Of a DNA stretch of 64,000 bases, positions 36,041 to 46,304 are shown piece by piece; position 1 is the first letter of the stretch; each line of letters begins with the position of its first letter. This stretch comes from a virus. Below the pieces are notes generated by a model. That model did not search any database and had not been told where the DNA came from. It worked only from the letters and a program-made list of their open reading frames with translations. Location: positions 1 to 64,000 of IMG/VR virus record IMGVR_UViG_3300034418_006037; one strand, written 5' to 3'. The translations under genes were made by a program, and so were the position numbers.

Positions 36041-36465
36041 TGGGTACCATCAACACAAGAATATCTATTCGCTCAAGCAATACTTTTAGAAACAGTATAT
36101 CTCAACGTCACGACAGAACATTCAATGTAGAATCTCAGATTGACTCAGCCACAAGGCTGATTAAAGCTACTACATCTGGTTCTCCGTATACTCTGTTTGA
36201 CGGGGCAGATTTTTATGACTCTGCTGAAACTGGGGCAGGTGCCAATCAGGTGTATGTGTTTATACGTAACACATCTACTACTGGGGGCAAGACTCTCACC
36301 ATACAGTTCAACAAGAACGGTGTGAGAGATGACGCCTTGCTTTTGAATGCTGGTGAGTTTGCAATGTTTCCATGGAAATGCGACGCAGCTACTGATGACA
36401 TTGAAGTATTCTCCAATGACGCCGCAGGAGTTAGAATCGAATACATTGCCTCCCCAATGCGATGA
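36040..36465 (+). CDS. small beta-rich structural protein
   Basis: YVFIRNT...LNAGEFAMFPW...IEY. Confidence 0.65.
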   Translation: MGTINTRISIRSSNTFRNSISQRHDRTFNVESQIDSATRLIKATTSGSPYTLFDGADFYDSAETGAGANQVYVFIRNTSTTGGKTLTIQFNKNGVRDDALLLNAGEFAMFPWKCDAATDDIEVFSNDAAGVRIEYIASPMR

Positions 36466-36896
36466 GCGACAAGAAGAAACTACGCGATACCAAGGTTGGA
36501 GAGTGGCTAAAAGAAAAGGCCCCATCTGTCCTCGAAGTGGTCGGAGATGTACTCCCGGACCGCGGCGTATTGGGCGTAGTTAAAAATCTTGTAGATAAAG
36601 ACCCAACGCTCGATAGTGAAAGCTTTCAAGCAGTTATGGACGCAGAAATTAAAGCTCAAGAGAATGTCACACGACGATGGGAAGCGGACGCGAAATCAGA
36701 CGTTAAGCTTGCTAAGCTTATACGCCCTATTATGCTTGTTCTGCTATGTGTTTTCTTTATGGTGATGATGATTTGGGAAGGTATTGATCCCAACTTCAAA
36801 CCACCTAGCAGCTATATCAGCTTACTAGAGATACTAATGCTCACTGTATTCGGAGCATACTTTGCAGGCCGCACCGTAGAAAAAGTAAAGAAATGA
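36462..36896 (+). CDS. holin (GTA 3TM-like family)
   Basis: VTRRWEADAKSD..LAKLIRP, two TM helices, AYFAGRTVEK. Confidence 0.75.
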   Translation: MSDKKKLRDTKVGEWLKEKAPSVLEVVGDVLPDRGVLGVVKNLVDKDPTLDSESFQAVMDAEIKAQENVTRRWEADAKSDVKLAKLIRPIMLVLLCVFFMVMMIWEGIDPNFKPPSSYISLLEILMLTVFGAYFAGRTVEKVKK

Positions 36897-37135
36897 AAGA
36901 TCCAAAGACACTTATCACTTCAGCTGCAGGACTTCTCGTTGTAGGTATAGGCACTTGGCTTATAGCTACTACTGCTGACAGCACCGTAGAAATGGCTACG
37001 GCAGAGAAAGACATTGAATCCATAATCATCAAGCTTGACGAAATTGAGGAAGATGTAGAAAAGCTGCAGTCACAGGTCAGAGAGCTCAAAGCTAGTGCAC
37101 ATACGCACGATAAACGGGGAAATGTAGTAGAATGA
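36893..37135 (+). CDS. TM + coiled-coil small protein (lysis accessory candidate)
   Basis: N-terminal TM segment then coiled coil; next to holin. Confidence 0.6.
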   Translation: MKDPKTLITSAAGLLVVGIGTWLIATTADSTVEMATAEKDIESIIIKLDEIEEDVEKLQSQVRELKASAHTHDKRGNVVE

Positions 37136-38259
37136 CAATTGAAGATATAAAGGACTTCATCGGGGAGAGGCCTGGTTATCTGAAGAAGAGTGCGCAAGTA
37201 CTTGCAGAAAGACTTGACGCACCGATAGAAGACTGTGAAACAGCACTATACGAAGCTAGAACGCTAGCTCGTGGGAACTCAAATGAGAGCGATAACGTTA
37301 TCACTGAGTTCCAAGAGTACCTTGACAAGAATGGAATCAAAACTTCAGACGTAGCTAGCGTAAAGTTTTGGCAGACAGTATCAGGTAAGCAGAGGTTCTC
37401 TGTAGTTACAAAGAGCGAATCTGTTAGTGTGCAAGATGTAAAGCAAGAGATAGAACGCTTTGCATCTAAGTATAGCCCTGAGGTACCACTCATAGAGCGT
37501 GAGCCTAAGCTCAAGCCTATTGCATATGAGATATCTCTACCTGATTTGCACTATGGTAAAGAGCATAGTCAATCTATAGATGAGGTTGAGGCTCAGTATA
37601 TAGGTGTAGTGCATGAGCTGGTACGCAAAGCTGATGGTCTAGAGATAGACAAGTTCATACTCCCTATCGGGAATGACGGTATGAACTCTGAAGGGATGAG
37701 GAGAACTACCACAAAAGGAACACCTGTTGAGGAATCAGCAAGTTGGAAAGATACATTCCGTGGTTACTGGCTGCTTATGGTCAAAGCGATTGACTACTTG
37801 AAGCAGATAGCACCTGTGGATGTAATTGTGGTTTCTGGGAATCATGACTTCGAGCGTATGTTCTACGCAGGAGATGTGCTCTCAGGGTGGTATAGGTATG
37901 ACCAAAATGTTCAAGTAGACAATAGCTATGAGAGCCGTAAGTACTACCAGTACGGAAAGAATATGCTGATGTTTACGCATGGAGATAAAGAAAAAGCTGC
38001 TGACATGCCACTGATCATGGCGACGGAACAACCGGAGATGTTTGCACGTACTACTCACAGAGAGGTACACTGCGGCCATCTTCATAAAGAGATGGTAAAT
38101 GAGTACAGAGGTATTAAGGTCAGGTTCATACCATCTATTTGTCCTAACGATGACTGGCACAAGCAGATGGGGTATGAAGCTAAACGAGCAGGACAAGCAT
38201 ATATATGGAATAAGCAAACTGGACTTGAAGGATATCTACAGGCAAATGTTAGACTTTGA
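37132..38259 (+). CDS. calcineurin-like metallophosphoesterase
   Basis: PDLHYG, GND, GNHD, THGD, GHLH. Confidence 0.88.
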   Translation: MTIEDIKDFIGERPGYLKKSAQVLAERLDAPIEDCETALYEARTLARGNSNESDNVITEFQEYLDKNGIKTSDVASVKFWQTVSGKQRFSVVTKSESVSVQDVKQEIERFASKYSPEVPLIEREPKLKPIAYEISLPDLHYGKEHSQSIDEVEAQYIGVVHELVRKADGLEIDKFILPIGNDGMNSEGMRRTTTKGTPVEESASWKDTFRGYWLLMVKAIDYLKQIAPVDVIVVSGNHDFERMFYAGDVLSGWYRYDQNVQVDNSYESRKYYQYGKNMLMFTHGDKEKAADMPLIMATEQPEMFARTTHREVHCGHLHKEMVNEYRGIKVRFIPSICPNDDWHKQMGYEAKRAGQAYIWNKQTGLEGYLQANVRL

Positions 38260-38536
38260 CGACACAGAAGACGAAGATCTCGTAACCTCTCTAGAAGAGG
38301 AAATAGAGATATTGGATGAAGCATATCGAAATGCTTACAAGGTGATTACTGGGGCTATGTCCATCCAGCAACTCCTTGATGATGCAGATGATATGATATT
38401 TCTTCCATTCGATCCCGGTGTGCCTGAGACTTTCATGTTGATTGCAGATGATATGATACAATACTTCGAAGATGCAGAAGAGTACGAGAAGTGCTCTGAG
38501 ATCATGAAGATCAAAGATAAGTTAGATGACGCTTGA
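38246..38536 (+). CDS. acidic protein with UVR-like C-terminal motif
   Basis: Start MLDFDD; YFEDAEEYEKCSEIMK resembles the UvrB/C (UVR) motif. Confidence 0.6.
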   Translation: MLDFDDTEDEDLVTSLEEEIEILDEAYRNAYKVITGAMSIQQLLDDADDMIFLPFDPGVPETFMLIADDMIQYFEDAEEYEKCSEIMKIKDKLDDA

Positions 38537-39212
38537 TGAAATAGCATACAATCTACTCAACCTGGTACGTGGAGGACGTTCCAGCAATGATGAACATATA
38601 TCTCTAGATCAGATAAAGTTCAACATCAAGCATTACCGTGCGATGTTTATTCGCAGGGACTATGCTCGTAATGGGTATGTATCTAAAACTCTAGAACAAG
38701 ACCTTGGATGTCTAAAGCTTAAGCAAATAGATGCATCCAAGTGCTGCGACCTCCCTCCCACCTGTGTAGTATACAGGACAGTAGATAAGCTTCCCAAGAC
38801 TATTAGATTTAATTTTAGGGATGCACTTACTTTTATAGGTAAACCTGATGGAACAGGTAGTATCCCAAGAGTAGAGCCTTATGAGGTAGAGTACTTGGAG
38901 TTCGAAAAATACACAAAAGGTCAGACTAGATATTACGTTATTGATGAGTATATTTACGTCTATAGACCGAAGGGTTTAGAAGCTATAAATGTTAGGGGAG
39001 TATTCGAGGACCCTGAAGAGGTATATAACTTTAATACCTGTAATGATGGTCCTTGTTATGATCCCCAATCTCCGTACCCGTTACCAGCGGATATGGTAGC
39101 TCAAATTAACCAAGGTATCATGGCTGGAGAACTTAGAATGTTGGCAGGCTCTTTCCCTGATACTGAGAATGATAAACAGCAGGATAAGATTCCGCTTCAA
39201 CAAGGACAATAA
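38526..39212 (+). CDS. tail ring/adaptor protein
   Basis: MTLDEIAYNL, QIKFNIKHYRAM, INVRGVFEDP, YPLPADM; typical of crAss ring proteins. Confidence 0.75.
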   Translation: MTLDEIAYNLLNLVRGGRSSNDEHISLDQIKFNIKHYRAMFIRRDYARNGYVSKTLEQDLGCLKLKQIDASKCCDLPPTCVVYRTVDKLPKTIRFNFRDALTFIGKPDGTGSIPRVEPYEVEYLEFEKYTKGQTRYYVIDEYIYVYRPKGLEAINVRGVFEDPEEVYNFNTCNDGPCYDPQSPYPLPADMVAQINQGIMAGELRMLAGSFPDTENDKQQDKIPLQQGQ

Positions 39213-39487
39213 TGGCAAGTAAAAGATTCAATACACCCCAAGATCAAACAGCTGCTGTAATGAGAGAGCAGGTTGGGGGATGCGGCGCTCAGGTAATAGG
39301 AGCAAGTTCAAATATAAACGGTGACTTTGTAGCATTTACTCTTATAGCAGGAGATGATGTTAGTACGACTGGTAGTCCAGCTATGACAAGTTTGGATATA
39401 CCTCCGGGAGTTACTGTGTTTGGGGCTATGACCAACATAACCACAGGAGCTGGAACAACTGTTATTGCATATTCTTCCTGTAAGTAA
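39212..39487 (+). CDS. small beta-rich structural protein
   Basis: IPPGVTVFGAMTNIT...VIAY. Confidence 0.65.
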   Translation: MASKRFNTPQDQTAAVMREQVGGCGAQVIGASSNINGDFVAFTLIAGDDVSTTGSPAMTSLDIPPGVTVFGAMTNITTGAGTTVIAYSSCK

Positions 39488-39882
39488 TGTCTTCAAAGTA
39501 TCACATCCGAAAAGATGGTAAGAAGGTGCGTAAAGGCCTTTGGTACAACATCAATAAGAAGAAAAAAGCTGGTACATCTAGACCTGGAAAAGGAACTGTG
39601 TCTGATGAAGCTATAAAAAGATCACAAGCCAAGTCAGGAGCTTGGACTCGTAAAGAAGGAAAGAATCCTAGCGGAGGTCTAAATGAGAAAGGTCGTAAGT
39701 CTTATGAGCGTGAGAATCCTGGATCAGACCTTAAAGCACCACAACCTCAAGGAGGAAAGCGAAGAGATTCCTTCTGTGCACGCATGTGCGGAATGAAAAG
39801 AAGCCGAACCGGAGCTGAAGGAAAAAGAGACCCTAATTCAAGAATTAACAAAGCTCTTAGAGCCTGGAAATGTAATTGCTAA
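39487..39882 (+). CDS. highly basic two-module protein (DUF6321-like C-terminal module)
   Basis: KGLWYNINKKKKAG module plus AWTRKEGKNPSGGLNEKGR...SFCARM...SRINKALRAWKC module. Confidence 0.75.
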   Translation: MSSKYHIRKDGKKVRKGLWYNINKKKKAGTSRPGKGTVSDEAIKRSQAKSGAWTRKEGKNPSGGLNEKGRKSYERENPGSDLKAPQPQGGKRRDSFCARMCGMKRSRTGAEGKRDPNSRINKALRAWKCNC

Positions 39883-40094
39883 TGCCTGACTATTTATCTC
39901 ACTTTGAGTTTTTGATGATTGCTGGAGCACTTGTAGGAGTTTGGATCAAGCATCAAAATGATTACGCATCCCTTAAGAGTCGTGTTAAAACTCTTGAGTT
40001 GCGTAACGATAAAATAGATACTGTTCTTAATCAGCTTGCTGAAGATATGGCTGAAATAAAATTATTGCTTGCTCGCAATCAAATGGATAGATGA
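39876..40094 (+). CDS. small TM + coiled-coil protein
   Basis: Hydrophobic helix then heptads. Confidence 0.65.
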   Translation: MLMPDYLSHFEFLMIAGALVGVWIKHQNDYASLKSRVKTLELRNDKIDTVLNQLAEDMAEIKLLLARNQMDR

Positions 40095-41989
40095 ATTCGT
40101 TTGTATTTACAAATAGCGATACCAATTCTTTTAATGTGGGGGTAGAGTCTTTCTCCCACTCAAATTACTATGCCCCAGGAGTTATAAGCCTATTCTTTAA
40201 GATAGAGAAGAAAGGTGGGGGAGGTACTACAGAAGTACGACTAAATACTGCAGTAGGAGACGAAGTTGCTGCAATGAATGATATCAGTAGAAGAATGTTT
40301 TCTCGCGACAAAGGCAGGGAAATGGTCTACAGAGATACAGGAATAATAAGAGAAGTAAGAAATTATAGAGGTCTAAGACTCGTCAGTGTAGGATCTGAGT
40401 ATGACTCCCCATTCGTGACAGGCGTAGATTCTATAACTGATACTGATCCTACACCAGCAACTGTTGCTGCGGGCGTACCATTAGAAGGTAAACCTGGGCA
40501 AATAATAGTAAAGTCGTCAAACACTGACTACGACACTACTTGGAGATTCCTAAGTTCTACAGTAACAGGAGATCAACTTGTTGCAGCACTAGAAGCAATA
40601 ACAGCAGGAGATCCTGTATATATACATAGTGCAGATGCAGACTACATATATGTAAAGATTGCAGATGCAGATGATGCTACAGCAATGCCTTGTGTGGGAG
40701 TAGCTAACTCAACTGTTTCTTACGGAGACAGTGTAGATATTACTACTCACGGACTTCTAGACGTAGAGATATTTGGGTATACCAGTGTAAGCGTTGGGGA
40801 CATCCTGTATGTAAGTGATGCAGGTGATCTTACAACAACAAGACCTACATCTAGCACAGCTAAAGTGCAAAATGTAGGTGTTGTAACTCAGGTAAACTCA
40901 GCTGGAACTACCATAGAACAGATAATGGTTCATCTGCAAGGGCATGAAGAAATGGTCCCGAATCTTGCAGATGGAGCTATATTCCTTGGAGGAGTGGCAA
41001 ATCAGATATCCCCATACACATTCCCCCTGTCAGACGGTACTGCTAACCAAGTACTTACCACAGATGGATCAGGAAGTCTAAGTTTTACAAATGTCAGCGG
41101 TGGCGGTGGCGGTGGGGGAGGAACTATAGACTCTAATCTGTCAGTTACTAATAGTATAGGAGATGCTGTAGTAGGAACTACTTATAGTTCAGGTACAGAC
41201 CTTGAAGATATAATTAGAGATATACTTGCTCCGTTCACTGAACCTACAATAGTATCTACAGTACCATCTAGCAGCAATACAAACCTTATAGAGGGTAACA
41301 ACATTATATTCCCAACGGGGCAAACAAGTACGATAGACAGTTACACTGTAACTGTGACAGACTTTGGAAACCTTGAAGACGGAGTATCAATTGTAAATAC
41401 CAGTGTTCAACCAAGCGGAGAAGACATAGAAGTTAATGCTTCCTATGTCTGGACTGGAAATTCAGCTACATTCTCTAGTCTTAGTTATAGTCCTACTGTA
41501 CAAACTTCCCATGGAGCAGCTGCGACTGTAACATTTACTTTGTCTTACTTAAGTAACAATGGTGCGGGAAGTGCAGTTAATTTGACAAGCACAGCATCAA
41601 TAATATTTAGAGACGAGTTCTATGTTGTAGCAAGCTCAACAGGGAACACAGTAACTGTTAGTGGTTTGCTAGGGGATTCAGTTGTGCATAACAGTTTAGG
41701 ATTAGCTAACGTAGCATCTCAGACACACGACTTCGATTGCAGTTCAGACACTGTTAATAATTCTAACTTCACATATTTGATTATTCCTGCTATCTTTACT
41801 ATACAAGAAATAGCAGCAAGTGTATCAGGAAGAGGAGTAGCAGACTATACTGACAGTTTTGAACTACTTGGTAGTAGTTACAGCTATACTGCAGGAAGTG
41901 CTTCTAGGACATATAAAATATACAAAAGCAGGCAAACAGGTGCATTTGACAGCGACGTAAGCCTACATCTAACAATCTCAAAACCATAA
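40091..41989 (+). CDS. fibre/structural protein with cement-like domain
   Basis: AITAGDPVYI..ADADD...GDILYVS domain; DGTANQVLTTDGSGSLSF; poly-Gly hinge. Confidence 0.7.
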   Translation: MNSFVFTNSDTNSFNVGVESFSHSNYYAPGVISLFFKIEKKGGGGTTEVRLNTAVGDEVAAMNDISRRMFSRDKGREMVYRDTGIIREVRNYRGLRLVSVGSEYDSPFVTGVDSITDTDPTPATVAAGVPLEGKPGQIIVKSSNTDYDTTWRFLSSTVTGDQLVAALEAITAGDPVYIHSADADYIYVKIADADDATAMPCVGVANSTVSYGDSVDITTHGLLDVEIFGYTSVSVGDILYVSDAGDLTTTRPTSSTAKVQNVGVVTQVNSAGTTIEQIMVHLQGHEEMVPNLADGAIFLGGVANQISPYTFPLSDGTANQVLTTDGSGSLSFTNVSGGGGGGGGTIDSNLSVTNSIGDAVVGTTYSSGTDLEDIIRDILAPFTEPTIVSTVPSSSNTNLIEGNNIIFPTGQTSTIDSYTVTVTDFGNLEDGVSIVNTSVQPSGEDIEVNASYVWTGNSATFSSLSYSPTVQTSHGAAATVTFTLSYLSNNGAGSAVNLTSTASIIFRDEFYVVASSTGNTVTVSGLLGDSVVHNSLGLANVASQTHDFDCSSDTVNNSNFTYLIIPAIFTIQEIAASVSGRGVADYTDSFELLGSSYSYTAGSASRTYKIYKSRQTGAFDSDVSLHLTISKP

Positions 41990-41992
41990 GAC

Positions 41993-43690
41993 ATGGCAAT
42001 TAAATTCGGAGATACTCTAGAGAATCAAAACTCAGCGTATCCTATTGTTGATGCCTCAGGCAACAACCTAAAAGGTGTTATTTTTAGTACAGGCCTACCG
42101 GCAGCTGGCGACTTCCCTAACAAACGAGCTAATGGTGCTATTCTGATTGATACTACTAATGACAAAGTCTATGTGTATCAAAACTCTGATTTAGAAAATT
42201 TGGCATGGTCAACAGCTTCAAACTGGGAGCAGATCGGAAAAGCAAGTGATGTATTTCAAACAAGTGATATTAATTACTCTATCGGCAGCAACACCTTCGG
42301 CACGCTGACTGGTAGTGGTACCATTACCGCATCTTCTGCAACACCCAAGACTGCTTTGCAAATTATAAATGAAGTGCTGGTTTCTTACCAGGAACCCACC
42401 GGAGGCTTTGCAGGCACTGAGGGCAGCGTTGCTTATGATACTACCACTCAAACTAAAAATCATACTGTAACATTCAATGTGACAAACTTGAATCAATCAG
42501 TTGTAGACGGCAATAACTACGCTATTAGTGAAATTAAGCTATGGAGACGCCTAGGTTCTAACGCTTACTCAGAAGTAGCTAATGCTACATCTTCAGTAAA
42601 TGATTTTAATACTGGAACATTTAGTGATTTAAATACAGCTGGAACTCCGACAGCAGAGACTTTCACATTTAATGACTCTTTTTCAGTACTATCTGGTAGT
42701 GCTGATTTCAACTACAAAGTTGAAATATACCCGTTAGACGGAAATGGGTCTGCAGCAACTACTGTCACAATAACTGGTACAGATGCTCAAAACGCTAGTG
42801 GTTATGTCAACTGCGCTGCTTATAATGCTCCACAACTTACTTCAGACTCGTTTACTCGAGAAGATACCTCGTCTCACTTTGTAGCAGGATCATCTGGTAA
42901 CCAAGGAACGGAAACAGCCGTTCGCAGGGAAAAGGGAAATGTAGCTACAAAGCTGAACTTTAAGGTCCAGAACGATAGCTCCTTAGTGCCTATTACAAGC
43001 TTTGTTGTTAAGCGCAGCATTGATGGGGCAGCTGGGGTTGCTATTTATAGTGAAACTGGTTTATCAATTACAGGGACCTCATCTGAATATAAAATCTTTG
43101 ACTCTATCTCAACTACTACAGGAAACATTACTGGGTTGAACGATGTTCCAACAGGCTATACTGTAGTGACTTCAGCATTTCCAAGTGCAGATACAGATTG
43201 TGATACAGTTACGTACACAGTAGAGATTACAGATGATGAGACAACCACTACTGATTCGCTTGCTACTGGTGAGATTAACTTTGAGTTCCCCGGTTTGATT
43301 GGGTATGGAACTACAGACTGCGACGGATTTGATTCAACCGATAACTCTACTATGACCACCTTGCTGCATGCTATTAGAGACAATTCAGGGAATCGAGCGC
43401 AGTACGAAATCATCAGCACTGCTGATAACCTTTCCGGAGTAGACGCAGATTTTGGAGTTGTGGCATTGTCTACAACCGCCAGTCAATTTGTATACATCGG
43501 CCACCCTGCCGCTTTAGATACAATTGATACAATTAATGACCCTGGAGGTACACCATCTTATGGCGCTTTTGGAAGTGCCCCAAGATCTACCACGGTACCA
43601 TTTACAACTCATTACGGAGTAGCAGGAACTTATGAGTTTTATGCTTCTAACTCAGCTGGATCGTTTAGTGGTAATTATACTATTAACTAA
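41993..43690 (+). CDS. fibre/structural protein
   Basis: S/T-rich beta protein; N-terminus shared with 46285. Confidence 0.7.
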   Translation: MAIKFGDTLENQNSAYPIVDASGNNLKGVIFSTGLPAAGDFPNKRANGAILIDTTNDKVYVYQNSDLENLAWSTASNWEQIGKASDVFQTSDINYSIGSNTFGTLTGSGTITASSATPKTALQIINEVLVSYQEPTGGFAGTEGSVAYDTTTQTKNHTVTFNVTNLNQSVVDGNNYAISEIKLWRRLGSNAYSEVANATSSVNDFNTGTFSDLNTAGTPTAETFTFNDSFSVLSGSADFNYKVEIYPLDGNGSAATTVTITGTDAQNASGYVNCAAYNAPQLTSDSFTREDTSSHFVAGSSGNQGTETAVRREKGNVATKLNFKVQNDSSLVPITSFVVKRSIDGAAGVAIYSETGLSITGTSSEYKIFDSISTTTGNITGLNDVPTGYTVVTSAFPSADTDCDTVTYTVEITDDETTTTDSLATGEINFEFPGLIGYGTTDCDGFDSTDNSTMTTLLHAIRDNSGNRAQYEIISTADNLSGVDADFGVVALSTTASQFVYIGHPAALDTIDTINDPGGTPSYGAFGSAPRSTTVPFTTHYGVAGTYEFYASNSAGSFSGNYTIN

Positions 43691-43705
43691 TAATACCTAG
43701 AAACT

Positions 43706-45892
43706 ATGCCAATTGGATTTGCAGATCTACTACAAACAAACTCTCAGTATGTTAACGGCCTGAACAAAGGCATCGTCAGTACAGATGATAGCTTTGGAGG
43801 TATTCGTAGTAAAATTGATGACTGGACAGATCTTCATCTGTCTACTAAAACTAACGACAACAACGTTACCTATTACACGTTCCAAGACGATGGAACGAAT
43901 GCTGCCCCCGGCCAGTTCAAAGAGTACTCTACCATGTTCTATGTCGCTGATGGACGAGCTTTGGTGGAAGATTCAAGTGCAGGTGCTAATTTTATTAGGC
44001 TTGATGGTAGTGGTAACTTTGTTTCATCTGGTGGTACAAAGTATGTAGTACCTTCAAGCGGTAGCGCAGAACCTGAGTTTTGGGTTTTAGATGATGCCAC
44101 ACAAACTGGAGGTTCCGGCATTGGAACAGATAAGCTTCCTAAGTTTACTATTACTGGTACACAAGGTAGTGATAGTTCTACAGCTATTCCAGCCGGTTAC
44201 CAAAAACTGCGAGTACTAGCAAATGCAGCATCATCTGATGGAGCTGTTTCTCTTAGTGCTACTCTCGACTCTAACTTGCTGTCAAACACAGCAGGCGAGT
44301 TGGGTCTGGACACCCAGAACGCTAATATCGTTTTTGCTGGTCCTAGTAGTGGTGGTGCTGCGGCCCCATCTTTCCGTTCTTTAGTTTCAGCTGATATTCC
44401 TAACAACGCAGCGAATACTACTGGTACTGCTGCTGGGCTGACAAACGCGGGTACCATTACGTTTACAGGAGATGTAATCGGAGGCACTACTCCAACATAT
44501 ACGAGCGGTGGTAACCTAAGTATTGCGATGACTATCCAGCCCAGTTCTGTGGGTCTGGGAGATTTGGTAGACATTGCAGATGAGCGCTTGCTTGGTAGAG
44601 TTGATAACGCGACTAGCTCAGTTGCTGAGTTGACTGCGACGCAAGTGCGGACGATGCTTAACGTAGCAGACGGAGCAAACAATTATGCTCACCCAACATT
44701 TGACGGTGACGATATTGATGTAGATACAGGAGCATTAACTGGTGCTGAAGTAGTATCGGATATTGATATTAACATTACAACAGATACTAATGGTCACGTA
44801 ACTGACGCAAATGGTACTATTGCTACTAGAACCCTCACCCTTAGTGACTTAGGGTATACAGGTGCTAGTGACGCTAATAATTATGTACACCCTGACCACA
44901 CTGGTGATGTAACGTCTAGTGCAGATGGTGCTACTACAATTGCGGATGAAGCAGTCACTTTGGCTAAAATGGCTCATATAGCTACTGCTAGCTTTTTGGG
45001 TAGAAATTCAGCTGGCACTAATGATGTAGAGGTTCTAAACATGACCACCGCTAAATCCATGTTGTCTGTAGACGACTTGGTTACTTTGAGCGGTGTCAGT
45101 GACGGAGCTATAAATCTAGGGGCATTTACTGCTAGCACTGTGCTTAGCAGTAGTACACTTACAATAAAAGGTGCACTGCAAGCTCTTGCTGATCAAGTAG
45201 ACAGCAACTCAAGTAACAGTGGTACTACTAACCTTAGTGTTGGTACTAGCAATGCTACTTCGCTTATACTGAGCTCTAGCACCCAAGATAACAGTGGTGT
45301 AACTATCCCTGTGCACGCTGAGAACATAGCAGGTATCATAACTGATGCTTCTCAGACTATTTATGGTGATAAGACGTTTAACGACAACGTAACGATCACT
45401 GGAAGTCTTACAGTTACAGATAGCACCAGCTACGTAAATATACAGGAAGAGAATGTCTATATCAAAGACGCTCTCATTACTCTTGGTATTACTGATGCAG
45501 ATGGGGATGGTACTGGTACAGTTGCAACTAGTGACGTAGGTATTGAGGCTTACGGTCAAGGTGTTTCTTCTACTTCTCCTACTCTTGTCTATGATATCTC
45601 TGCAGATTACTGGGCTATTGACAATAAGGATCATGCTAGTAGTGCTCTTACTAGAATTGCTAGAACATACAAGGAGCAGTACACTATCGCAGCAGGTGAC
45701 GTAACTGCTGGTTATTTTGAGATAACACATAACTTAAACCACGAGGACATCATAGTTCAGGTCAGAGACAACGCTACAGATCAAGGACTTGTGATATTCA
45801 AGTATCAGACAATGAATGCTCAAACAGTTCGCATTGCAATCGGGAACGGAGTTACAGCAACCACCGTATTCAATGTAGTTATTGTAGGTTAA
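43706..45892 (+). CDS. tail fibre protein
   Basis: ANIVFAGPSSG..AAPSFRSLV, ANNYxHP repeats, ITHNLN...IVQV C-terminal domain. Confidence 0.75.
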   Translation: MPIGFADLLQTNSQYVNGLNKGIVSTDDSFGGIRSKIDDWTDLHLSTKTNDNNVTYYTFQDDGTNAAPGQFKEYSTMFYVADGRALVEDSSAGANFIRLDGSGNFVSSGGTKYVVPSSGSAEPEFWVLDDATQTGGSGIGTDKLPKFTITGTQGSDSSTAIPAGYQKLRVLANAASSDGAVSLSATLDSNLLSNTAGELGLDTQNANIVFAGPSSGGAAAPSFRSLVSADIPNNAANTTGTAAGLTNAGTITFTGDVIGGTTPTYTSGGNLSIAMTIQPSSVGLGDLVDIADERLLGRVDNATSSVAELTATQVRTMLNVADGANNYAHPTFDGDDIDVDTGALTGAEVVSDIDINITTDTNGHVTDANGTIATRTLTLSDLGYTGASDANNYVHPDHTGDVTSSADGATTIADEAVTLAKMAHIATASFLGRNSAGTNDVEVLNMTTAKSMLSVDDLVTLSGVSDGAINLGAFTASTVLSSSTLTIKGALQALADQVDSNSSNSGTTNLSVGTSNATSLILSSSTQDNSGVTIPVHAENIAGIITDASQTIYGDKTFNDNVTITGSLTVTDSTSYVNIQEENVYIKDALITLGITDADGDGTGTVATSDVGIEAYGQGVSSTSPTLVYDISADYWAIDNKDHASSALTRIARTYKEQYTIAAGDVTAGYFEITHNLNHEDIIVQVRDNATDQGLVIFKYQTMNAQTVRIAIGNGVTATTVFNVVIVG

Positions 45893-45920
45893 TGTATCTT
45901 GCAAACCAAACCCAAACATC

Positions 45921-46304
45921 ATGTTACTCAAAGAATGTATCAACGTGTACAAAGCATTTCAACAGATCAGTCAGAACACACTGCCTCTGAAGACGAGTTG
46001 GAACATTGCTCAAAATCTTTCTAAGCTGCAGCCTCTTGTAGAGTCATTCGAAGAACATCGGAAGTCCTATATAGACCAGCTAAGAGAAAAAGCTACACTT
46101 GACAGCAAAGGAGAACCTGAGGTAAGTGACGAAGCTGCTGCTTTGTTCGAGTCACAGGTTAAAGAACTTCTTGAAGAAGACCAGAAGGTTAGACTCAAGA
46201 AAGTTGAGCTCATCGACGACGGACAGTTGTCCATTGCACCGAACATTCTGATGGCAGCTATGGACTATCTAACCCTAAAGAGCGATGGCAATCAAACTAG
46301 CTGA
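45921..46304 (+). CDS. fibre-associated chaperone-like helical protein
   Basis: LPLKTSWNIAQNLSKL..FEEHR; follows a fibre gene. Confidence 0.6.
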   Translation: MLLKECINVYKAFQQISQNTLPLKTSWNIAQNLSKLQPLVESFEEHRKSYIDQLREKATLDSKGEPEVSDEAAALFESQVKELLEEDQKVRLKKVELIDDGQLSIAPNILMAAMDYLTLKSDGNQTS

